Positions 40,698 through 49,230 of a DNA stretch of 64,000 nucleotides are shown piece by piece. Location: assembly GCA_905215555.1 (NCBI GenBank), contig CAJMQU010000021.1, positions 7,846-71,845 on the forward strand, given 5' to 3'. The position numbers were made by a program, and so were the translations under genes. This stretch comes from an uncultured bacterium (GTDB taxonomy: Bacteria > Bacteroidota > Bacteroidia > Bacteroidales > Bacteroidaceae). The notes below the pieces were generated by a model that did not search any database, was not told the DNA's origin, and was given only the letters and a program-made list of their open reading frames with translations. The first letter of the stretch is position 1; the number at the start of each line of letters is the position of its first letter.

Positions 40698-41276
40698 ATG
40701 AAAAAGATTATCACATTAATAATGTTAGTTTTCATAGGTGCATCTACGGCAATGTATGCACAGCAAAGTAGTAGTGAAAATCGCCGTGCAGAACGTAAAG
40801 CTCAGCGTGACGCAGAAAAAGCCAGGGAAAAAAGAGAAGAAGCACAAGCGTATGCCGATGCCGTGCAAGCCATCAACAACAGAAAATTTGTATTGGAGGC
40901 TGACCGCGTAACATTTAAGAGAGGACGAAGTGCTTTCGTTACATCAAACACCAACTTTGTACTTTTAAATGGTGAGCAAGCATCTGTTCAAGTTGCTTTC
41001 AACGGTCCTTATGCTGGTCCTAACGGTATAGGTGGCGTAACGGTAGACGGCAGAGTGGGTGAAGTCAAAACAACCACAGATAAGAAAGGAAACGTTAATT
41101 GCAGTTTCAATGTGGTAGGTGTCGGAATTTCCGCACAAGTTTCTATCAGATTGACCCACGGCAGCAACAACGCATCCGTCACCATCAACCCGAACTTCAA
41201 CTCGAACAGGTTGTCACTGGATGGCAAAGTAATTCCATTATCCGAATCAAGCGTATTCAAAGGAAGGGCGTTCTAA
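40698..41276 (+). CDS. DUF4251-family exported protein
   Basis: Signal peptide; FVLEAD, GPNGIGGVTVDG. Confidence 0.75.
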   Translation: MKKIITLIMLVFIGASTAMYAQQSSSENRRAERKAQRDAEKAREKREEAQAYADAVQAINNRKFVLEADRVTFKRGRSAFVTSNTNFVLLNGEQASVQVAFNGPYAGPNGIGGVTVDGRVGEVKTTTDKKGNVNCSFNVVGVGISAQVSIRLTHGSNNASVTINPNFNSNRLSLDGKVIPLSESSVFKGRAF

Positions 41277-41360
41277 TTACTGCTATCTCTTTCTACTTTC
41301 CGTTCCATTGACTTAACTTATTTCTCATCCCTTCAGTAGTTGCCGCTTCTCCCCCAAGGC

Positions 41361-41432
41361 ATGCAGGGATGGGACGAACTGCCCGCTATCCGAAAGCTCC
41401 ATATGGAGCACATAGAGGCATTATTGAAATAG
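41361..41432 (+). pseudogene. Probable C-terminal fragment of cobaltochelatase CbiK
   Basis: MQGWDELPAIRKLHMEHIEALLK* resembles the CbiK end (GLGExPAIRxxxxEHI); directly upstream of the cbiH fragment. Confidence 0.5.
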
Positions 41433-41505
41433 CTACACCCTTTCCCCCTCAGGGCTACACCCTTTGCCTTGGATGGCTACACCATCCTGGTTAAAGGGTG
41501 TAGCC
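41431..41505. repeat. 22-bp-period array with GGCTACACC core (copy 2)
   Basis: Cores at 41431, 41453, 41475 (forward) and 41497 (reverse, GGTGTAGCC), then T tract. Confidence 0.85.
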
Positions 41506-41590
41506 TTTTTTTATATCTTCTTTTTACATCCTTTTATACCTAAAGTTTAAAGAATAGAACGTATCTTTGCAGGCTAGAAATAAAAACTAT

Positions 41591-41773
41591 ATGAAACAGC
41601 CTAAGATAATAGTTGCCGACATCGGTCCGGGCAGCGAACAAGACATCACGCCCGCAGTCCTGAGTACGGTTCAAGAGGCAGATGTAATGGTAAGATATAA
41701 TATTTGCCGCAATCATTCCGCATGGTCTTGTCCCCCCCGTCAACTTATCCCCTTGTCAACTAAACATACATAA
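41591..41773 (+). pseudogene. cobJ: N-terminal fragment of precorrin-3B C17-methyltransferase (CbiH/CobJ)
   Basis: MKQPKIIVADIGPGSEQDITPAVLSTVQEADVMVRY matches tetrapyrrole methylase start (GxGPG...AD); similarity ends near 41700; TATCTTTG at 41562. Confidence 0.75.
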
Positions 41774-41789
41774 CTAAAAAATTTAAATT

Positions 41790-43685
41790 ATGATTTTAAT
41801 TTTAGGTGGAACCACCGAAGGACGTATTGCCGCCCGTACCCTCGAAGAAGCTGGAAAACCATTCTACTACTCCACCAAAGAAGACGAGCAAGAAGTAATT
41901 ATGCACCACGGCCACCGCCTGCAAGGCATCATGGACCAATCGGATATGGAACAATTTTGCTGCAAACACTCCATAGCACTGATAATCGACGCTGCCCATC
42001 CCTTTGCCACCAAACTGCACCGCACCGTAGAACTGGTATCCCTAACACTCGACCTCCCCGTCATCTGCTTCGAGCGCATCTACCCGCCCCGTGATGAAAA
42101 GAACATCACCTGGTGCAGCAGCTTTAAAGATGCCATCCGGCAGATACGCGAACAGGAAATATTTATCTTACTGGCACTGACCGGCGTGCAGAGCATAGCC
42201 CCATTAAAGCCCCTCTGGCAGGAAAGCGCCTGCTGCTACTTCCGCATCCTCGACTGCGAAAACTCACGCCGCCTCGCTGCCCGCGAAGGTTTCCCCAAAG
42301 AACGTCTTTACTACTACCATAACGGTGAAAACGAACGCCTCCTGATGCAGAAATTGCACCCCGAAGCCATACTGATAAAAGAAAACGGACTCTCCGGAGG
42401 TTTCAATGAGAAAGTAGAAGCAGCTCTTGCAGAAGGCATCCGTATCTTTGCCATCTGCTGCCCGGACACGCCCGCCAGCTTCATTCCCGTAGATGGTGAA
42501 CATGGTCTGCGCCGGATGGTCGAGAAATACCTGCCCGACTTCTACCCCCTGCATAGCGGACTCACCACCGGAACCTGTGCCGCTGCCGCTGCCGTAGCCG
42601 CCACCTGGGATTTTTTCAACGCCTATCGCCAACCGCGTCCCAAAGAATTTCCCGTCACCCTCCCCAACGGAGAAACCATTTTCGTCCCTGTCGAAGAGCA
42701 GGAACTCCTGCCCCACGCCGATTTCCTGAACGACAATGGGATGATGGAAACCAACGCTTCCGTCATCAAAGATGCCGGTGACGACCCCGACATCACCAAC
42801 GGGATGGAGATCAGAGTCAACGTCGCCGTCCCCTTCCGCATGGATGATCCGGTTCCCAAAGACGCACCCACCGACGACTACAACATCATCATCTGTGGTG
42901 GCGAAGGCGTAGGTATTGTCACCATGCCCGGTTTGGGACTTGAAGTAGGCGGACCTGCCATCAACGACATTCCATGCAAGATGATTGAGGACAATGTAAA
43001 GCTGTGCCTCGAAGGGATCGGAATACCCAAGCAAGCCAATCCGTATGCCATCACCATATCCGTCCCCGGCGGCGAAGAAATAGCCCGACGCACTCTCACC
43101 CCCTGCCCAGGAATAGAAGGCGGCATTTCCATTATCGAAACTTCCGGCATCGTGAAGCCTCTCTCTTTGGAAGCATTCGTCGACTCCATCCGCAAATCAA
43201 TGGAAGTGGGACGGGCTACGGGAAGCCCGCGCATCGTCATCAACTCCGATGCCCAAAGCGAGAAATATGTGCGGAAACATTATCCTCAATTGCCCGTACA
43301 GGCTTTTATCCATTACGGAAATTTCATCGGAGAGACTCTGAAGATTGCCGCCGAATTAGACATCAAAGCGCTAACCTTAGGCATCATGATGGGAAAAGCC
43401 GTGAAACTGGCAGAAGGAGATCTGGACACTCACAGCAAGCAGGTGACAATGGACAAAGATTTCCTGCGGGAAATGGCCCGTTCTGCCGGATGTAGTGAAA
43501 AAGTACAGGCCGTGATTGAGGAAATCAGCCAGGCCCACGAACTGTGGACTTTGCTCTCCGCCGCCGACCTGCATGCATTTTGCAGACATCTGCTCAGCTT
43601 ATGCCATCAGCATTGTGCCCCGTTACTGCCCGAAGGAGAACTTACTATTCTGCTTATCAGCGAAGAAGGGGAAATCATTTGTTAG
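41790..43685 (+). CDS. cbiD: Fused precorrin-6x reductase (CbiJ/CobK) - cobalt-precorrin-5B C1-methyltransferase (CbiD)
   Basis: N-terminal LGGTTEGR, IDAAHPFA; C-terminal GLTTGTCAAAAA, KDAGDDPDITNG, GEGVG, GKAVKLAEG..DTHS. Confidence 0.92.
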   Translation: MILILGGTTEGRIAARTLEEAGKPFYYSTKEDEQEVIMHHGHRLQGIMDQSDMEQFCCKHSIALIIDAAHPFATKLHRTVELVSLTLDLPVICFERIYPPRDEKNITWCSSFKDAIRQIREQEIFILLALTGVQSIAPLKPLWQESACCYFRILDCENSRRLAAREGFPKERLYYYHNGENERLLMQKLHPEAILIKENGLSGGFNEKVEAALAEGIRIFAICCPDTPASFIPVDGEHGLRRMVEKYLPDFYPLHSGLTTGTCAAAAAVAATWDFFNAYRQPRPKEFPVTLPNGETIFVPVEEQELLPHADFLNDNGMMETNASVIKDAGDDPDITNGMEIRVNVAVPFRMDDPVPKDAPTDDYNIIICGGEGVGIVTMPGLGLEVGGPAINDIPCKMIEDNVKLCLEGIGIPKQANPYAITISVPGGEEIARRTLTPCPGIEGGISIIETSGIVKPLSLEAFVDSIRKSMEVGRATGSPRIVINSDAQSEKYVRKHYPQLPVQAFIHYGNFIGETLKIAAELDIKALTLGIMMGKAVKLAEGDLDTHSKQVTMDKDFLREMARSAGCSEKVQAVIEEISQAHELWTLLSAADLHAFCRHLLSLCHQHCAPLLPEGELTILLISEEGEIIC

Positions 43686-43855
43686 TGAAGGAGGTTCAAA
43701 ACCGTATGGAAGGAAACAAATTTATTTTTCTTTAAATACTGTATTTTGAAGTACAAGGCTTTTCAGTATCTTTGTTCTCAAGAAAAAACAGAAACAACAA
43801 AGATTTTGGACGTGTTTTTATCTTAGAATAATTACTGAGAGCCTACTTTTTACAC

Positions 43856-44656
43856 ATGAAACATCCGCAAACAATCCTCGTCACCGGTGCCTCTTCCGGC
43901 TTTGGAAAAGTCATCGCCACGCAGTTGGCCGAGCAAGGCCACACCGTCTATGGTAGCAGCCGGAAAGCGGTTTCCGATACCCCCTTCAAGATGCTGCAAC
44001 TGGACATCACCGACCCGGCATCCGTCACCAATGCCATATCAACGATTCTGGCAGAACAGGGACGCATCGATGTGCTTGTCAATAATGCTGGTATGGGCAT
44101 CAGCGGAGCCATAGAACTGACTACCGAAGACGAGATACAACGCCAGATGAATACCAATTTCACAGGCACTGTCCGTATGTGCGCCGCCGTCTTGCCCTCC
44201 ATGCGTGAAGCGGGACGGGGACGAATCATCAACATCAGTTCCATTGCAGGAGTACTTGCCGTTCCCTACCAAGCCTTTTACAGTGCCTCCAAATTTGCAA
44301 TCGAAGGCTATAGCGAAGCACTCTATCAGGAAGTGAAGCCTTTCGGCATACAAGTATGCGTTGTCGAACCGGGAGATTTCCGGACAGGTTTCACTGCACA
44401 ACGGCAGATGAGCGAGGCCACCCTCTCCCATTCACAATATAAAGAAAACTTCACGAAAACGATGCAGAATGTGGAGCAGTCCGAAAACAACGGCTGACAT
44501 CCCGAAAAGTTAGGAAAAGCCATCTGCAAACTGGTGAACAGCCGCCGACCGGCATTCCGCATCAAAGTAGGACCGTGGGAACAGGTGTTTTTCGCCCGCA
44601 TCAAACCTATGCTACCGTTCAGTCTGACAGATTGGTTAATTAGAAAATTCTATTAA
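43856..44656 (+). pseudogene. SDR family oxidoreductase interrupted by in-frame TGA at 44495-44497
   Basis: TGASSGFG, NNAG, YSASK; frame continues after TGA as HPEKLGKAICKLVNSRRPAFRIKVG...IRKFY*. Confidence 0.8.
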
Positions 44657-44743
44657 ATGATAATTCGGCTACATAATTGCTTGTAATCATATAATTTATA
44701 TCTTTGCGACAAAATAAATATCATCCCTTACAAGGTTCAAACA

Positions 44744-45430
44744 ATGAAACAGACTATTCTCGCTATTTTCTTTGCAATCATAGCATCGGGAGCAACCGCC
44801 CAATCCTCCCCTATTTCCTTTCAGGTAAAAGCCGGAGTCGGCACCTCCAACTTCTATGGAGAAAATGCAGAAAGCGACACACGCATCGCCTACAAAGTAG
44901 GTGTCGGCATGAACTATGAGCTCAGCCGCACGTGGGTGTTCCAACCCTCACTGAATTTCGTGTCGATAGGTGCCCGCGAGGATGTAGAGTACGTAGGCAA
45001 TGCAAACATGAATGAACTGTACATCCAACTGCCTGTGATGATGGCTGCCCGCCTCAACCTCGGCAAGAACCACAGCGCCTCATTGAGTGCCGGTCCGTAC
45101 ATAGCCTACGGCGTGGGGGGCAAAACGTCGGGCGAGATACAGGAGCAGTACGATTATAGCAGTAGCATCCATCACGGAAGAGGAGGCTACAGATTCCGTT
45201 TAGACACTTTCGGCAATCTGATTGACAACAATATGGGCAACAAGCGTTTCGATGCCGGATTCATGTTCAGCCTTAACTTTGAATATAACAGGTTCATCTT
45301 CGGAGCGGAACTCCAATTGGGTATGATTAAAGTAAACGATCAGCTGGACAATCTTGTGCAAAACTCCGGCATTGAAAAATTCTCTCCCAAGAACCTTGCT
45401 TCTTTCTTTACCGTAGGATATAGATTCTAA
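44744..45430 (+). CDS. Porin-family / outer-membrane beta-barrel protein
   Basis: Signal peptide; YIQLPV, SAGPYIAYG, C-terminal FFTVGYRF. Confidence 0.85.
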   Translation: MKQTILAIFFAIIASGATAQSSPISFQVKAGVGTSNFYGENAESDTRIAYKVGVGMNYELSRTWVFQPSLNFVSIGAREDVEYVGNANMNELYIQLPVMMAARLNLGKNHSASLSAGPYIAYGVGGKTSGEIQEQYDYSSSIHHGRGGYRFRLDTFGNLIDNNMGNKRFDAGFMFSLNFEYNRFIFGAELQLGMIKVNDQLDNLVQNSGIEKFSPKNLASFFTVGYRF

Positions 45431-45556
45431 TCTCCGGCAGGTCGTAATGGTTCGCACGGTAATCGCTTCTTCTTCCGCCGGATGAAGCACGGAGGTCTAT
45501 TCATTATTCAGAAACAACCGGGGCTTCCATCCGGTGAAAGGTCTTCGGGAGTGCCG

Positions 45557-46912
45557 TTAGAAATTCATCAGGTCATTCAGCGCTTCGCTCATACTGGGAT
45601 GCGTAAAGATGTAATCACGCAGGAAGGTATATTCCTGTCCGGTTTTCATCACGATTGATACAATATTGATTATTTCGCTCGTTTCCGGACCGAACAGGGT
45701 GCAACCCAATATTTTATTGGTATGGGTGTCCACCACCACCTTGAACAATCCGTCCGTCTCACCCAACGTACGTGCACGCGGAATGGCACCGACGGGCAGA
45801 GTATTTACCTTTATGTCCAGTCCTTTCTGGCGCGCTTCCACTTCGCTCAGTCCGACACGTGCCAAAGGAGGGTCGATAAATACTGAATAGCTGACGGGGG
45901 CGCGGTCATCCGTGCGGCGTTCTCCGGCACCGAACAAATCTTCACGGATAATGCGGTAATCGTCCAGAGAAATATAGGTGAACTGTAGTCCGCCTTTTAC
46001 GTCTCCGATGGCGCGGATATGGGGATTGGTAGTCTGCAACCAATTATCCACGACAATCGCTCCACGCTCATCCACCTTTACTCCCGCCATATCCAGATTT
46101 AAGCCCGAAGTGTTCGGACGACGGCCTGTTGCCAGCAAGATGGCATCTCCTTCCAGATGATGGATCTCATTCGTCGCAACATCCTGATAGATCACTGTTG
46201 AAGCGTCTACCGACTGCACCCGTGCATTCAGATGGAAAACAATACCTTTCTTCTCCAATGCCGTCTGTACGCTGGCTGCAATATCCCTGTCTTCACGACC
46301 AATCAACTCAGGATAGCCTTCGAGCACTGTCACCTTCGAGCCGAAAGAGGCGTACATGGAAGCAAATTCCAGTCCGATATAACCTCCGCCCACAATCACA
46401 AGGCGTTCGGGAAGTTCTTCCAGTTCCATGATGGAAGTACTGGTGTACACGCGGGGATTATCCTTTATTCCTTCGATGGGAGGTATAATAGTCTCAGCTC
46501 CGGTATTGATGAATATCTGCGGTGCCTGCAATTCTATCACTTCTTCCGCAGTCCTGACTTCCACTACATCCGGACCGGTAAACGCACCTACACCTGTATA
46601 AACTGTCACATGAGGATTGTCGGCCAAGTTATGATAATTCTTGTCCCGCAGAAAAGCGGTTACTTCTTCCTTCCGGCCGATGGCCTGGCGGTAATACTCT
46701 TTCTTTTCTTCCCACGCAGCCTTTGCCGGGGTTTCCTTGGCCAGATGCACCAGCGTCTTTGTAGGAATACAACCGATGTTGATACAAGTGCCTCCGTACA
46801 TACGATTTGAACGTTCCACTACTGCAACCGTCTTCTGGCGTTTTGCAAATTCGGCGGCAAGGGTCTTCCCTCCCTTCCCGAAGCCGATAATGATAGCATC
46901 ATACTTTTTCAT
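45557..46912 (-). CDS. Flavin disulfide reductase, RclA/YkgC-like
   Basis: IGFGKGG, GGTCINIGCIPTK, GGGYIGLE, GDVKGGLQFTYISLDD, FTHPSMSE. Confidence 0.9.
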   Translation of the reverse strand: MKKYDAIIIGFGKGGKTLAAEFAKRQKTVAVVERSNRMYGGTCINIGCIPTKTLVHLAKETPAKAAWEEKKEYYRQAIGRKEEVTAFLRDKNYHNLADNPHVTVYTGVGAFTGPDVVEVRTAEEVIELQAPQIFINTGAETIIPPIEGIKDNPRVYTSTSIMELEELPERLVIVGGGYIGLEFASMYASFGSKVTVLEGYPELIGREDRDIAASVQTALEKKGIVFHLNARVQSVDASTVIYQDVATNEIHHLEGDAILLATGRRPNTSGLNLDMAGVKVDERGAIVVDNWLQTTNPHIRAIGDVKGGLQFTYISLDDYRIIREDLFGAGERRTDDRAPVSYSVFIDPPLARVGLSEVEARQKGLDIKVNTLPVGAIPRARTLGETDGLFKVVVDTHTNKILGCTLFGPETSEIINIVSIVMKTGQEYTFLRDYIFTHPSMSEALNDLMNF

Positions 46913-46917
46913 ATTCT

Positions 46918-47508
46918 TTATTTTTTTAATTGTTCCAGTACTCTCTTCGCACTGTCTGCCAATATAACAATTGCGCCGGCCAAAATGGCTGTATCTTTTA
47001 TAACTAATCTTCCGGCACCGGTCAATAATGGAAAACCGGATTCGCCACTGCCCAAATCAGGCACCCATACTTCGGGTGTAGTGACAAGGAAAGACAGCGT
47101 GCCGAGAGTCATGATAATTGCAAGCCCCGCCCCCACCAGACCGACTTTCGGCCAGAAGATGCCCAGAAAAGTAAGAATGCCAATGGTCATGATAAGAATG
47201 CCCAGCCCATGGGAAAAGCCATACGTATTGTTTTCCCTATGCCACTCATGCTTCACGGCATCAAATTCCCCTTCTTTCAGTTTGTATTCCTTGTATTCGG
47301 GAGCACTATGCGTATAGAAGAAACTCATAAAAGGACTGTTTGCCACAAAAGGGACAATCCCTTCGGCCTCATAATTCCAGAACTTCAACCCGCCTATCCA
47401 AACAAAAATAACCAGAATGGCCACACGAATAAGATTGATACCCAACTTTTGAGTTGATGCAGCCAAAGTAAGGCCCGCCACAAACATTGATTGTAATTTG
47501 GTTTTCAT
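46918..47508 (-). CDS. DUF417 inner-membrane protein, RclC/YkgB-like
   Basis: WIGGLKF..YEAEGIVPFVANSPFMSF, TLSFLVTTPE, GRLVIKD. Confidence 0.9.
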   Translation of the reverse strand: MKTKLQSMFVAGLTLAASTQKLGINLIRVAILVIFVWIGGLKFWNYEAEGIVPFVANSPFMSFFYTHSAPEYKEYKLKEGEFDAVKHEWHRENNTYGFSHGLGILIMTIGILTFLGIFWPKVGLVGAGLAIIMTLGTLSFLVTTPEVWVPDLGSGESGFPLLTGAGRLVIKDTAILAGAIVILADSAKRVLEQLKK

Positions 47509-47594
47509 ACGATTATTACATTAATTAATTACTTTATTTTCCTGATGCAAAAATCGGGGTTTATGACGGAGTGTGAAATGGCAATTCTGCCGTA

Positions 47595-48446
47595 TCAGTT
47601 GGCAATACTTCCCGTTGTGTTCGATTTACGGAAATCCGACACACTTTCGCCCGTCATTTTCTTGAAAAAGCGGCTGAATGTGGACAAATCATCGAAGCCC
47701 AGGAGTTCGCTGATTTCCTTGGCACTTTTAGGGGTATAGAGCAGGAGCCGTTTGGCTTCCGCCTCCACCCGTTCGTGAATGATGCGCAACGGAGAAGGGG
47801 CTCCGCAGGAAGAAAACAGATTGGAAAGTGTCTTGGGAGAACGGAATAAAAGTTCGGCATAATCCTGCACTTGCTTCTTTTCACGGAAATACCGGTCAAC
47901 CAATATGTAGAAACGGCGGATGATGTCGAAAGCTTTCTCCTGTTCCGGAGTAACGCCACACCTCTCACGGGCAATGCGGGTACAGGTGATGATGAAGCGC
48001 TTGAGAATGATACGCAGCATTTCTTCCTGCAGGTTATCACGAACGGTAGATTCCTGGCAGAAGATACGGACAATATCATTCAGATTGTCCGACTGCTCCT
48101 GAGAGAGTTTTAACCGCATCACTTGTGAAGAACCGTGAAAAAGGAAACCGTTGCAGGACACTTCATCATCATGGCCAAAGATGCAGTAGAAATTGCTATT
48201 GAACAGGAAAGTGAGATATTCGCCTTCCACAGCCTTTATCTCGATGTGATGCAGGGGCGTAAGACAGACAATTTCGTCCTGTTCCAGCCGCATCGGAATA
48301 TGGTCTATCGCAACATTCAGGGTGCCGCTGCGCGCCCATATAAATTTGTATAAGGTAGTGTCTTTTTGCAGTGCTTTATTTTCATGAAAGCAAGAAGTCA
48401 TTGCCAGGTTACCGTTCAGACGGGTACTTAATTGATAATCTATCAT
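47595..48446 (-). CDS. AraC family transcriptional regulator
   Basis: C-terminal double HTH: EAKRLL...KEISELLGFDDLSTFSRFFKKMTG. Confidence 0.92.
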   Translation of the reverse strand: MIDYQLSTRLNGNLAMTSCFHENKALQKDTTLYKFIWARSGTLNVAIDHIPMRLEQDEIVCLTPLHHIEIKAVEGEYLTFLFNSNFYCIFGHDDEVSCNGFLFHGSSQVMRLKLSQEQSDNLNDIVRIFCQESTVRDNLQEEMLRIILKRFIITCTRIARERCGVTPEQEKAFDIIRRFYILVDRYFREKKQVQDYAELLFRSPKTLSNLFSSCGAPSPLRIIHERVEAEAKRLLLYTPKSAKEISELLGFDDLSTFSRFFKKMTGESVSDFRKSNTTGSIAN

Positions 48447-48700
48447 ATTATTAAAAGTTGGTGTCCTTCGTCGTAGATCGAAGTACAAATGTACATTATT
48501 TAGCGGGCGAATGCAAGCAAAAGCAATGATTTAGTCAGATGAGATCAGTTTTTACTTATCGAATGTAGGCACAAAAATGAAATATATTTAAATGAAATGG
48601 TCTAATTTTCCGATTTAATACTATTTCGCACATAATAAACATAAATTTTCCGAAAATGAACTACCTTTGCCCTGTTGTAAACTTAAAAAGAGAAATAGAC

Positions 48701-49096
48701 ATGAAAAAACTTGCATTGTATATGTTTATGCTCGTTCTGAGCATCGGCTATGTTTCAGCACAGGGGAAAGCTGACATTAAGTTTGATAAGACAACTCATA
48801 ACTTCGGTACGTTTTCTGAAAACGATCCGGTTGTAAGTTGTGTATTCACATTCACCAACGTGGGCGACGCTCCGCTGGTAATTCACCAGGCAGTGGCGTC
48901 CTGTGGATGCACGGTACCCGAATACACCCAGGAACCCGTGTTGCCGGGTAAAACCGGAACCGTCAAGATTACATACAACGGTACCGGCAAATATCCGGGC
49001 CACTTCAAGAAGTCCATCACCTTGCGCACAAATGCGAAAACGGAAATGATGCGCCTCTTTGTAGAAGGAGATATGACACCGAAAGATGCGAAATAA
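48701..49096 (+). CDS. DUF1573 (Ig-like) exported protein
   Basis: HNFG...FTNVGDAPL...ASCGCT...PG; TACCTTTG at 48662. Confidence 0.88.
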   Translation: MKKLALYMFMLVLSIGYVSAQGKADIKFDKTTHNFGTFSENDPVVSCVFTFTNVGDAPLVIHQAVASCGCTVPEYTQEPVLPGKTGTVKITYNGTGKYPGHFKKSITLRTNAKTEMMRLFVEGDMTPKDAK

Positions 49097-49116
49097 GCAT
49101 CTTTATATATAAGAAT

Positions 49117-49148
49117 AAAGGAGAATTTTTCAATTCTCCTTTTTTTTT
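49117..49148 (+). terminator. Intrinsic terminator
   Basis: AAAGGAGAATT...AATTCTCCTTT plus T run. Confidence 0.7.
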
Positions 49149-49230
49149 GCTTTCTTTGAAGCTGATTTGGATAAAATAATCAATTAATGAGCGACATAAT
49201 AACTATAAACATAAAAGTAATTAAGAAACT

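Noticed and set aside
45431..45556. GC-rich spacer containing GACCTGCC on the minus strand
   Set aside because: Lies between two convergent 3' ends and lacks the rest of a cobalamin riboswitch.
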